64,000 bases of DNA from the NCBI RefSeq assembly GCF_009914755.1, contig NC_060929.1. One strand, written 5' to 3'. The position numbers and the translations under genes were made by a program. Below the pieces are notes generated by a model. The model was not told the origin of the DNA and did no database searches. It saw only the letters and a program-made list of their open reading frames with translations. How positions within the stretch are numbered: position 1 is the stretch's first letter; each line of letters starts with the position of its first letter. Positions 26,810 to 39,566 of the stretch are shown in pieces. This DNA is from the human T2T-CHM13v2.0 reference genome, Homo sapiens.

Positions 26810-27767
26810 CCTCATTTATCAGCACTTCCAACCCATCCAGATTTTGATCCTTTACTTTGCATACAAATATTCAGCTTTTGCTTAAAGTCTTAAGTCACAA
26901 GACAAGAGATTTCAAAGGTGATCCAAATCAGAACCCATAGTGTAGGATCAGCAGCAGCACAGCCAGTGTGTAGGAAAGTGATGCTCAGAGTCTCAATGTG
27001 AGCCTTGATTCCTGGGTTTGGCACGTGCTCCTCCTGAGTCTTACACAGCATACCAGCTAAGGATAGGAAATAACTCTGGAGACATGTGATACTCCACTAG
27101 ATTAAGAGTGAAAGAGATCAGAAAACTTCATAAGCTTAAGACAGCCGAAATATTGTTCATTCTAAAGTTAGGAGTATCTCCCTGTCCCACCCCCAGACAA
27201 AAAATACTATAATTTTTACAAAAATATTTCAAAAGTATAATTGACATTTACAAAATGTGTGCTCAAGTAAGCAATCTTCTAGAATAATAGTGTAAAATGC
27301 AGCTATGGAAAATGTGCATTTCAAATATGAGCAAGGTTTAAGCAAGAGCCATGTTATCTCAAAGATTTCAGATTCTCCAGGCAACACTATTTTCATTATA
27401 CACAAATGCATGACTTGCATATAGAAAAAATATACATATAATATGTATCAGTATTTCAAAAAGTGCCCAGAACACAATGGCAAATCAGGAAGGAGCAATT
27501 TATAATAGAATAATTTAATGTCACTATATCCTAAAGATTGACAAAAACTTTCTTGATTTGGCGTATTTTTCCTAATACCAGTCTCACAAATCACATATCT
27601 TTATCTAACATGTAGTCTACTGAAAAGTCCTCTTTTTTTGTCTGTTAGCCCAGTAAATTAAGAAAGATTTTCTCTAAAGTAAATTTAAAACCTCAGAGGT
27701 CAAAGAACAGAAGACTTATTCAGAATGAGTAAGAGAGAGGGGAGAAAAATTATTTCAAGTTACATAC

Positions 27768-28053
27768 ACATTGGTGGTAAAGATGCCATAGATCAAATCC
27801 AGCTCAGGCAGGAAGAAAGTACTCTGCAATTCGTTGTAGTAAAAGGGGACTTCCCCAGGACGGGAGCAGTTCAGGCGAGCCTTCATGAATGTGGTCCAGG
27901 TGTCTTCCAGCAGGAAGCGCCCACCAATATCGTTCTTGCACACCCGGGCAGCTCTGGAGAACACTGTTTTCCCACAGTCATGCTCTACTGCATTTTCTCG
28001 GAAAAAGAAGTAGGTAAAATTTCCGATGTCATAAGATGACACAAAGTTTGGCT
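27768..28053 (-). CDS. SEMA5A: SEMA5A coding exon (probably exon 9), 286 nt, phase 1-2
   Basis: gtttccag|AGCCAAAC...AATGT|gtatgt; translates to (E)PNFVSSYDIGNFTYFFFRE...RVCKNDIGG...WTTFMKARLNCS...IYGIFTTN(V). Phases match both neighbouring exons. Confidence 0.98.
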
Positions 28054-30309
28054 CTGGAAACAATAGAAAAGAGGGAAAAAATCTCAACATTCATGTCATT
28101 CCCTTTTGGTCTTGCCTGCTCAGTATTTCATCCAAAGAGACGTGGTTTTGTTTAGATAACACCTGGTTCCTATAGGACTATTGGGAGGCCCCGTGAGCAG
28201 CTTAATGATCTACACTGTTGGGAAACTCAGTGTCATACACAGATTCTAAATAATGGGAAGTCACTGGTATGATTGCACACTCAAGTATCCCGAGCTAAAT
28301 TAGGGCTCAAGTTAATGGGACGTTAATACCAACAAAAATTGGCAGCAAATATTTGCAGTACATTTTAGAGCAATATGTATTACTTTATTTGCAAATTCTT
28401 ACATAACCTTCAGAGAGGGAGAAAATATGATTAAAAAGATGAAATGTGGTTCAGAATATAGCAGTCTACAATCCTATTTGTGTGCAAGACAACAAAATTA
28501 TTTGACTTATATACATTCCTGTGACTTCGACATAATGTATGTGCTTTTACTAAGGACGTTAAAAATGTTTTCATTGTTGGGAATGAAAATAAAGACTAAA
28601 ACTATAAGGTGTGTCTGGAATTAGCTGTAGCAATTTCTGTTGCTATGGTGACCATGGAATAGTGAAAAACAACTCTGATTTTCTTATTTCTGGTTTGCTG
28701 GGTAAACCATTTAGAGGAGGGAAGAGTATGGGGATGGAGACATTGCTTTGTAGTTTTCTGGTCTCATAATTAGTTTTAAAATGGGGAAACAAAGAAATGG
28801 CAAAATTATGGCAAAGCCTTTACTTAATCACCAAGATCTTCAGGAATTTAGGAAATATACATTATCAACTGAATTTTACATACAGCATTTGAAGTTTTAG
28901 CTTCCTAACTTCCGGTTTGAAACCAGTGATAATAGAGATAGTACATTTTGAGATACACATACTCCGTAATATTTGCTTTTAAAACTCTAATCACAAGGTT
29001 TTATTCTTCGCTATTTCTAAATGCTATTCATTCAATCAGCAAGTATCTTAATTTTCTGGTGCAAATTAGGATAATTATAGCAGTAACCTTTGGTGTCCAA
29101 AATTAATGGAAAGATACAGACAACAAGTATATTCACAAAGACACATTTTCAGGGACAATTAGTTTGTTGGGGCAATTCAATTGGCCTTGTACCTTTCCAG
29201 ATACAATTGCACTGCAATAATAACATGTTACTGGCAGGACAACTAAAAATATGTGTGGCTGCAAGATAAGCCATTAATGTTAAGAGTAAGACACATAAAT
29301 GGAATCACCTAAGGTCTGAAGTGCAGAAGTTGACTTCAGACATTGACAAAGGGTTGGGATTGACTACTCTGTTATTCTGTCCAGGAAGACTATTGCCAAT
29401 TTTCAGTCAATACCTATATTCGATATTTTCACAAAATGTTTTAATTTAATCCAACTTTACATTTTAAAAATGTAATAAATACTCTAAATGGTTTATGTAT
29501 GATACTTTTCCCTTCAGTACAATACGTTGTTAAGTCATTGAAGTATATCAAGTAATATACTGAGGTGATTTTAATTTATAAACCGTCCAACATATTCTTA
29601 AGTCACTATTGCTTTCACCCTAAATGACTGTTTAAAAAAAAACTTGAATTGCATAACATTGTAAAAGATGGAGGTTAGATATCTTTACTATGATAGTATG
29701 CTTTAATATCCTGGAGAGATGTTCACAAAAACAGCAGATTACATATCTGTAACTTGTGTTTTTGGAAAATAAAGAAAATACTGGGTGGTGGGTGGGGGGG
29801 TGTTAAGTCTGTGTTTACTGTAAGTCTCCAAAACAGAATTACCTGATGAAGCAGGCCCCAAAAGCAAAGATACGGAACAATTTCAAAACCATGTGTAAAG
29901 AAAATAATACTGGCATGTCTAATTCTAAATAAGAGTCTAAATTATTTTGGAATGGGTCCTGCACCCTGGCTAAACAAAACTAGAGTTTGGGAATTGTACT
30001 AAAAACAAACAACAACAACAAAAACAGCAACAAGCAACCCTTCCTAAAATGTGGAAAACAAAGAGAGAAGGCGTAAGGGTCCAAGTGTGTCTAGCCCGGG
30101 ACTTAGGTTACCAGCACACATGCAGGAGGTCCACCAAAACTTATCAAATACACTCACTATTACCCACTTCTGCTATTAACTTGGGGACAAATGGCATGAA
30201 AACCACATAGTAAATAGCTCCAGTTTCTCAAAAGTCCTGAGCTGAAAAACGAGAAGATACAAAGGAAGAAAGATCTTTTATGGTTTCCAGCTGAAGGATG
30301 AGTTTATAA

Positions 30310-30520
30310 TAAAAACAGCTAATATCTGTAGAATGCTAAGTCTTGTGCCAAGATCTGTGCTTGGTGCTTTATATCCCCATTGAACTCACAAGAATCACAG
30401 AGCTAGGTGCTGTGCTATTCTTCCCATTTCACAGATGAGGACACTAAAGCCCAGAGATTTAATAACTTGTCCAAATTCACATAACTAGCAGTGGGGGATG
30501 GGGATGGAAAGTCCTGAATC
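30310..30520 (-). mobile_element. MIR
   Basis: cccatttcacagatgaggacactaaagcccagagatttaataacttgtccaaattcacataactag is the reversed MIR core. Confidence 0.7.
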
Positions 30521-30528
30521 CATTAGAC

Positions 30529-30879
30529 CGGGGGTCACCAACCCCCAGGACATGGACCAGTACCAGTCCATGGCCTGTTAGGAGTCAGGCCACACAGCAG
30601 GAGGTGAGCAGCAGGCAAATGAATGTTACCTCCTGAGCTCCGCCTCCCGTCAGATCAGTGGCAGCATTAAATTCTCATAGGAGCAGGAACCCTACTGTGA
30701 ACTGTGCATGTGAGGGATCTAAGTTGTACACATCTTATGAGAATCTAATGCCTGATGATCTGAGGCAGAACAGTTTCATCCCTAAACCATCCCCTCTATC
30801 CTCCCTGCCACCCCCAGTTTATGGAAGACTTATCTTCCATGAAACTGGTTCTTAGTCCCAAAAAGTTTAGGGACCACTG
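30529..30879 (+). mobile_element. MER1B (hAT-Charlie DNA transposon relic)
   Basis: cgggggtcaccaacccc...gcctgttagg...ttctcataggagc...ccttatgagaatctaatgcctgatgatctg-like...gggaccactg; 8-bp TSD cattagac / cattacac. Confidence 0.92.
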
Positions 30880-32543
30880 CATTACACTATACTGAAAAAA
30901 ATAAATAGTGCTTGCAAAAAGAAAACAATCAAAAGCTAGCAATATTCAACAGGATTTGATTTTCTGCTTTAGAAAAACAATGGTAAGCTCTTGGCTGGAC
31001 AGTCATCTTTCCATGGAGACTGGTAAGCAGGTTTACTGAGGAACAGTCTAAGGGGGGTTTCAGAACCAACCAGAGAGACAATAAATGATGAGATGAAACT
31101 TTAAACCACAGTTATCATGGAAGTCAGGAATGACACAGAAAGAAGAAAAAGTGGAAGAAGAAACAACTTTAAGGACTTATTAAACAAGAACATTGTTGGA
31201 AAGTGTTTGACCCAACTCCAGAGGGTGTTTCAAGGAGGGCCAACCATAGCCTCAGAGAGCCAATAAATGACTTTCACGAGGTCATTCTGTACCCTGTGTC
31301 TGTTCCAGCAAACCACATCCACTTTTGCAGACAAGGAGAAGACTGAGCAATGGCAGGTAGACTGACCCACAGTTTCCTCTTTCCACAGAGAGCCTCTACC
31401 ATATCTCCAAACCACCCTGAACCAATGTTATAAGATCACAACGTCCATTTTAGATAGAAATGCTCAAATACATGTTTTCCTTTTGGTTTGCAAAAACAAC
31501 AAAATAATTTGTATTCAGTGTGTAGTGAGTGCTGTTCTCTAATTCACCACACAGTGCAGGTCATGTTGGTCAGGGAGTGAGACTGCATTTGGAAACACAT
31601 CATGCGGCCCTACACTGATCCTTCAGGATGAGGGTGGACCCCTGACTGTGTGACCTGCCATTAACTCGGGAAACACAGTTTCTTGAAAAGTAGAGCCTCT
31701 TGAAATTCGGCTAGCATCCTGTTCCTTTTTCAAAGACAATGAAAAAGTGGGAATAATTGTAAGACAGACAGTCAAATAGCTCTTATATTTATTGATATAA
31801 ATTTGGAAGTAGGGGATGTTAGAGTCTTGCCAGGCAGGATGATAAGATGAATTTTGTTTTCCTTCCATTATTTAAGTTCTGTCTTTTCTCAAAATGCAAT
31901 CCACCACAAACTAGTATCTGTCACTCCTGAGTGAATTGAACAAGTCAGAAGGAAAATCAGGTATTTTCTTCTTGTCTACAATGGATAGGAGTGCATGAAA
32001 GAGAGATCTGAGGTATGTTGCTAACTAAATCACAGTAAAAACAGGCACGTCAGCTGCTGTGTAAACATATGCATGGAGAAACTGTTTTTTCTAATGTTTG
32101 TAAAACATACTGAGTTATGTATTACCGTGTTGTACAAAATATATCATGTTAATAAGAATTCTTCTTCATGATATAAGAACTTTTATTTTGCATATTTACT
32201 TACATAATAGTGACCATACAGATAGGACTACCGAGAAGTGACTCACCATATATGTAATTACAAGTGATGCGAAGAAAAACATCAAAAATTTTGAGATTTC
32301 GACCACGCAAAACCAAATACTGAGAATCCAAAAGAAGCCTCCCATTCTATATTCTTTCTATTCCAATGCCTAAAGCATCAATATGGGGGTACACCATATT
32401 CAAATGGCTCGATCTGATCATTGAGCAGATCTTTAATAGGTTCTTGATATAAAAATATTTGTACACAATGGGAATGAATATTAAAGGCACAAAGGAATCC
32501 CAACTCTACAAAAATCTTACTAGAATCAAAGTCTATTATAAAT

Positions 32544-32829
32544 TATTTTGCAGTCAAAAGTCGCCTTGTGAGACACTTGCCAAAGTCAGGCTGGAAAATG
32601 CCTGTACACGATGCCTGTGACTCTGCCCTGGTTGGACCATTGACATCTGATATTTTCTGTTGTTGCATCTGACAATCAGACCTAGTTTGCAAAGCTGTGA
32701 AAATTAAATGGGCTGATACATAGCAGGATGCCAATAAATGGTGGCTATTATTATTTTGGCATCGTGTACAGGCATTTTCCAGCCTGACTTTGGCAAGTGT
32801 CGCACAAGGTGGCTTTTGACTGCAAAATA
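32544..32829. repeat. Long inverted repeat: 72-bp arms (69/72 identical) with a 142-bp spacer
   Basis: 32544-32615 is the reverse complement of 32758-32829, with mismatches only at 32561/32812, 32563/32810 and 32571/32802. Confidence 0.97.
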
Positions 32830-32914
32830 GTAGCCACCATTTATTTACTCTCAATGTCCCTTGGAATAATTTCTGTTGAACAGAACTTCACATAATGATA
32901 ATGAATGATCAAGT

Positions 32915-32936
32915 GTATATATATATATATATATAT
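32915..32936. repeat. (TA)n microsatellite
   Basis: About 11 TA units. Confidence 0.9.
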
Positions 32937-32975
32937 AAAGCTTAAAGGTCATTAGAATTTTAGGAGCATAAATAA

Positions 32976-33287
<312 letters not shown>

Positions 33288-33654
33288 TACCATGCTGAGT
33301 TTTTAAATAGCAAGCTATTTCACAAAAATAAGATGAGTTAACGGAAACAATATTCAGATGTGACACACAGCCAGCAGTTTTCTGTTCCTAAATTGTTGGT
33401 ATCAGTCAGTACAAAATGCCTTCCATAAGCATTCCCTGATTTTAGACCCTCTCTGTATTGGGTACATTGTTTCCATTGTCACAGTTTATGTAGATAAAAC
33501 TGCTGTAGAAGCTTCCAGGGCAAATCTATTTTTATCTAGATATTCATTAAAATTAAAAGCGGATAACTTAAAATTAAATTAAATTAAACATAGGTTAAAA
33601 GCTACTGGTAGGCTAAAGTTCTTTTCCTGAGGTTTCTACTAAAAGACAGATGAT

Positions 33655-33696
33655 GATAGATAGATAGATAGATAGATGGATAGATAATAGATAGAT
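33655..33696. repeat. Imperfect (GATA)n tetranucleotide repeat
   Basis: gatagatagatagatagatagatggatagataatagatagat. Confidence 0.9.
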
Positions 33697-36600
33697 TTTA
33701 ATAGATGGATGCGCACATTTGTGTCTGTGTATATGTGTGTATCACATACATGAGTATAGAGATATATGTATACATGGCTCAATACTTCCACCTACTGGCT
33801 GTGTGAATTTACTCACATTATTTACCAGTATATTTTCTCTGTTTCCTGTTTTTGAATAACAACAACATCCAACATACAGTATCATTGTGAGAATCAAACG
33901 CACTTTGCTGGTAATCATCAAAATACAGACCTCTATTTATTAAAAATAACTCCAAAAATTAATATAAACACAGATGTGAGTAAATAGTATCAGTAATTAA
34001 TAAGATAACTCATTGAGTATGCATTCCGTATATCAAATTAAGATCTACACTTATTCCATCAAGCCTGAAACCAAACACAGTGGCAGGGACCATGCTACAG
34101 ACGAGCCTGGAGCCGGCCAGAGTACTGCTCTAGGCATTTCCTCACTGCCTCAAGGGGCTGTCCTGGGCACTGGGTGCTCCTTAGTAAACTGATAGACACA
34201 GCCCGTGCCCTCAAGAGCAGTGTGAGGAGACAAACAAGACAGATCAACAAGTGCTTACAGTGAGGACAAGGGTATGGAGGGCCAGGGCAGCTGGGAGAAA
34301 CAGAGGATCAGAAAGGAGAGAATAGGGAAAGGGCAGAGGTGAGGCTGAGAAGGGGCCACCCAGACAAGGATGGGGGAAGAGAACATCCCTGCCAGAAGGA
34401 GCAGCCTGGGAGAAGACCATAAGGCTGGCAAGGAATGGAATGAAGCCACAGTCAGGATCAAAGAGATCAACAGGACGGGAGGTGGAAAGCCAGGCAAAGC
34501 CAGGAGCCCATAACAAGGAGTATGGATTTCAACTGCCATTGGAGAGACACCAAAGAGTTTTAAAGAAAAACTTATCACTCCGTTTCCTGGGTGTGTGGTG
34601 TGGGATGGGGTAGGAAGTTGGAGCCAAGTACATCCTTGGTAACTATTTTCACAGCAATCAGGGCCTTGCATCCTCAGGTGTGTCACTCATTGAGCCCCTT
34701 GACAGAAAAAAGTTATTGCTAAGACCCTTGCAGTAGGAGTGGAAAGACAGTTCTAGCACATTTGATTCCTTCCTTCTTCCTGGGGAATATGACCCATTGA
34801 AAATACACTACTTTCATGAATTTGCTGATTCAAGTAGGAACCACTTTTACCAAGGGGAAATGGGCTGGCTTCCCCTAAATGAGAAGCACCACTTCTTCAC
34901 ACCGCCCTACAAGTCCAAAACTCACACCTACAATTCTCCATATCTTTAGGTCAATAGGAGTTTTATTAACTGGATATGTGTCTAAATGTTCTAGTTCAAA
35001 GTGACAGACTTTAGTGTCTACTCTGCTCTTATTCCATTCCAAGCACATAGCCCTCTCTTATAAAATTCTGCCAAATCACACACTCCTATTAGTTATATAT
35101 CGTTTCATGAATATTTCTGAAAATTGTCAAAACACAAAATTTCTATTCGCCATGTTCATTTTTCTCTGATGATATTTTAAATTTACAGGTTCACTTCTTT
35201 GAAGAATTAATCATTTAATCTGCCAGATCAAATTAATACAAGGTTTTTATTGGAATGTTAATTTAAATTTTAAAATCTGGTAAATATTTTAACTCCTAAA
35301 AAATATGTTAAAAGACTGAAAGAAAACCATGTAAGATTTTACTGAAAGAAGACATTGAGCTCCAACATTATTCAGTTGTTATCATACTTCTTCCCAATAA
35401 GCTACTGTAGAATAAGGAAACGTGCATGATGGCTCTGGCTTTGTCTCCTGAGTTGATCTGAGCTGGGGCAAAAAGAAGACCAAGACACATGGAGCCGACT
35501 TCCCAATATGTGGCAGTGAGTGAACAAATGTCAGAGGCCCTTGACTGGGATAAATAAAAAGTTCAATAGAATAATATAGAGACAAATTTATAGAAACACA
35601 TAAATCTGGGCATTTTAGAAACAAGATGACAACATGATTTATGCTCTAAACTGGGATGCTTTTAAGAAGGAAAGGAGGTAACATTAGTCATCAGGCAAGG
35701 ACATCAAGAGGGATTCAAGACTGTCACTAGGAAACTGCTAGAATCTCTAGACAATGAACATTGAGCCATTTCCCAATTGTTTTAGCAGTTCTAGTACACG
35801 TCTGCATGATATCTTCACTACAGTGAGGCATCCCTTCTTGTAGTGGATTTATTCTTTATGAGGTTTCCTTGACTCATGTATATACAGTTCATGCAAGTAT
35901 CCCCATAATGTGGTAGCAGGAGAAAGAAAGATTTACTCATCCCTTTTCTTTTGGAATGCACAAATTAAAATCTAAAGGTAGTAAAAGACCTTTGGCAAGT
36001 ATATTGGCAAGTGTAGAAGCTTCCTCACATGACTGGAGAGGACCTGTGGCTCCCCAGCTTTTAGGCCCTCTGTGCTCGATGTACAGGATGGAGCAATACA
36101 GTGTTTTCAGAGCACCGTAAGAACTGACTCATGTCACTTAACCACACTTTTGTACCCATAAAGGTCTGCATTAAATTACCACACAGGCTTTTCTACTTTG
36201 GGTTTAACAGCCCCAGTTTATTGCACCATGTATGCAAGGCTACAACAGTCAAGAAAATGCTCTCAACCTTTTCCAGAGTCCACATACCCCTCTTCATGGC
36301 AGCTCATGCATGAAAATGTGGGCATCGGGAGAGAGAGATGGAGGCCATTTGTAACGCTGGTATTTCCTAAAGTGCCAACTAAACAAAGGGAAGTTCAGCA
36401 GCTTGTAAAGGAGGAAGGGTGCAAGCTCTGGAGTGGATCTGTTTTCAAGCGCTAGCTCAGGTATGCATCAGGTATGGCCTGTGTCAGGGGGCAAGTCCCT
36501 CTGAGCCCCATAGTGCTCATCTGTAGAAGAAGGATAATGCAATCTCCCTTAAGAGGTTGTAAGAAGGATGGCAGATGACATGGATTTGGAGTCTTCCATC

Positions 36601-38489
36601 TACCTAGCATATTGTAAATAGCTACTGCGACTCTTCCTTGCGGGTGGTGTAATAACTACAAGTAACAGATACTCCAATAAGTACATGGACAGGCAGGCGA
36701 TATGCATGGAGGCCATTGATTTAAAATGATTCCTGACCCTCAAAGATAATAAGATTAGATTTACAGCACGATATCTGAACTGCAGCCATCCCACAAGGCA
36801 TAGGCAACTGGCAATGGCTGCTGACAGGCTTGATCAGGCCTGAATATTAGAAAAGGGCATCTCATTGTGCTGTGTCACATGTCACACAACTTTGCTCAAC
36901 ACACTTTCCATCCATGTCATCTCATCTTCACCCTAGCAAGTTTAAACTTGAATAAGATATCAGCCTTGGACTTGTAATGCTGAAAAGAACTTATTGTTCA
37001 CAAGGTCATTCTTTTTAAGCATCTCCCCAGGTGCTTATTTGGAAAAAAAAATAGGCTGCTGACTATGCAGTCTTGATTCTATTCTGGCTTTACAGAGCTT
37101 CTTTTTCTTGACAAATACTTGCATTTTGGTACCCACATATACTTCATTCCCAATCCTCATTTGTCTTTGTTTTGCTTGTTCTCTGACCTCTGCTTCCATT
37201 TCTGAATTTCCAGCTGTAGCGAATCTTGTCAGTCGAGAGAGCACCTCTTGCAGACCAGTCACACCTCCAGGTACTGTGCTGTGCATACCCTTCCAAACAG
37301 GCTCTCACTGTCCCCAGGTTGGAGCCCAACAAAGTCACGCCACCCTAGCTGTGCTCAGGCTGTTCAGAGTCAGCACCTGGTCCCAAGGAGAAGCACTGAG
37401 CTCCCCAAAGCACCTCTCTTCAGGACAAGCAGAAAGAATTTCTCCTTGACTTAAGCACGGAGGAGATTTTCATCCTCCAAGTAAATTATCATTAATCATT
37501 AGAAGGTTCATAGTTGCATTTTAAAGACCTCAAGGGTCTACTTAATGCTTGAGTAACATCATCAATGTATTTCAAACAAACAGAATTTAACATTGTTACC
37601 AGAAGAGTTTTCTCAACTAGAATTATAATAGCTCATAAAAAATGATACAGTTGAAAAGACAATGCTTGTGGATTTCAAGTGAGTTCACCTCCATATGAAA
37701 TCCTGGCCAAAATCTCAGAGACTGCAGGACACTGTGGAGTTCCCTGGGAGAACTCAGTGGGATAAGTACACATTTCCACCAGAGAAGGAAAGCCAGCTGG
37801 TCTCTGAGTGTTAATAAGGCTACGTGGATTAGATGTTCATGCTGAGTTATTAAGCCTCATTTAGGAGTTAGTTTTTCCAAGTTCCTACTCAAGTTTTTCC
37901 TCTGTGTGCAAGCACATAATTCCTTCAAAACTCACAAACTCAATTTGCACAATATTAATTTGGAAATGTATTTTCACCTTTTCATGGGTTTATTGTTCCC
38001 CAACTTGATTGCCAGTTTCTTGAAGGCAAGTTTTATTGCTTTTCTATTTTAAGCATCAACCATTAAACATTTATTATCCTGCCTTACAGTAATCATTTCA
38101 AAGTTATTAACGATTAATATTTTAATGCATTAAAGCTGTTAAGGTATTTCTCTAAACACATAAGTTTGTTTTAAGAGCGACTTTGGCACAGGAGAAAATA
38201 TGACTTTGAAATATATTCATTACCAAACACATAACTTAATGTTCCAGATTCATCCAGAATGTCATCCAATTGATTGTACTGCCTTTGAGAAATGACAATA
38301 AATAATGGCTGGAAATGGGGGGCTAAGTGAGATGAGGGCTCAAAGGGAAGATGTTATAAATTTTTGGACCAGGTTCAATTTCAAATATGCATATCTGTGT
38401 TTTTGTTGCTGTTTAATTCTGATATATAATTAATAGAACATTCTCCCATGTTTAACATTATTCACATTTCTGCTATTTGTGAAGTGTGC

Positions 38490-39340
38490 TAATGTCTTAC
38501 TCATTCAACAAATATGGATTAATCCTCATCTATGTTTCAGACACTGAGTAAGATGCTGAGCACATAAAGCAGGCTTCCACAGAGCCCCTGCCCTTAAGGA
38601 ATTCATAAAATAGTGGGGAAAACAAAGAAGTCAACTATCTACCCATTGTCTTCATCTATTCCAGCTGCTGTAACAAAAAATACCATAAACTTGGCAGCTT
38701 ATAAACAACCAACATTTCTTTCTCACAGTCTGGAGGCTGGGAAGTCTATGATCCAGGCACCAGTAGATGTGGTGTCTGGCAAGGGTTTGCTTTCTGGTTC
38801 CTAGCCGGCACCTTCTCACTGTGTCCTCACAAGGTGGGAGGAATGAGGGAGCTCTCCGGGGTCTTGTTTACTCGGGCACGAATCCCATTCATGAGGGACT
38901 CCACCTTTATGACCTAATCAGCTCTCAAATGCCTCACCTCGTAATACCATTACATTGAAGGTTCAATTTTAACCTACGACTTTTGGGAGGACATAAATGT
39001 TCAGACCATAGCACCATTTAACTCATTAATTAGAAAAAATGTCCGTTGAGTGCTTACTTTAATGCCAGCACTGCTGTAAGCATGTGGGACCCAGGAGTGA
39101 GAAAAAGACGTTAAGTCCTGGTCATTGGGAACTTTCATTGCAGTGGTGGGAGGAAATAACATTAATAGCTGAGGCTAAAACTGAACATGGTAAGAAGAGT
39201 CAAAAGGGCTAGATAGGAGGGAGCTGTGATCTGAAATAAGGTGGTGAGGCTTGGGTTCCATTAAGAAGATGGCATTTGAGCAAAGACTCAAAAAAGATGG
39301 GACAGTTGGCCAGATGGGTTGTCTGGGGGAAGAGCTTTCC
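38490..39340 (-). mobile_element. L2 3' fragment interrupted by an LTR
   Basis: cattcaacaaatat...ccctgcccttaagga and ggcatttgagcaaagactc are typical of reversed L2. Boundaries approximate. Confidence 0.5.
38647..39013 (-). mobile_element. MaLR solo LTR (MLT1A-like), sense to SEMA5A
   Basis: tgtctt...gctgctgtaacaaaaaatacc...ctggaggctgggaagtc...ttcagaccatagca. Confidence 0.9.
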
Positions 39341-39348
39341 AGGCAGAA

Positions 39349-39566
39349 CAGCGCCCAGCAAACTCTAGCCCATGGGCCAAATCCTACCTGCTGCCCATTT
39401 TGTGAATAAAGTTTTATTAGCACCCAGTCACACTCATGCATCCATAGACTGTGGAGATTTTCATACTATGATGGAAAGATTGAAAAAATGCAACAGTGGC
39501 CATGTGGACTGCAAAGCCTAAAATATTTATTCACTGGCCCTTTATAGAAAAGTTTGCTGAGCTCTG
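39349..39566. mobile_element. MER58A-like hAT MITE
   Basis: cagcaaact...gggccaaatcc...tgtgaataaagttttattag...gcaaagcctaaaatatttat...ggccctttatagaaaagtttgctga. Confidence 0.85.

Noticed and set aside
27766-27769. Tandem GTGT at the exon 9 donor as an alternative 5' splice site
   Set aside because: The upstream GT gives a poor donor (GTGTAT) and a frameshift; only the downstream GTATGT keeps the frame.
16007-28039. Plus-strand ORFs overlapping SEMA5A exons (16007-16402, 22885-23328, 27725-28039)
   Set aside because: Antisense shadow frames of real coding exons, with no recognisable protein features.
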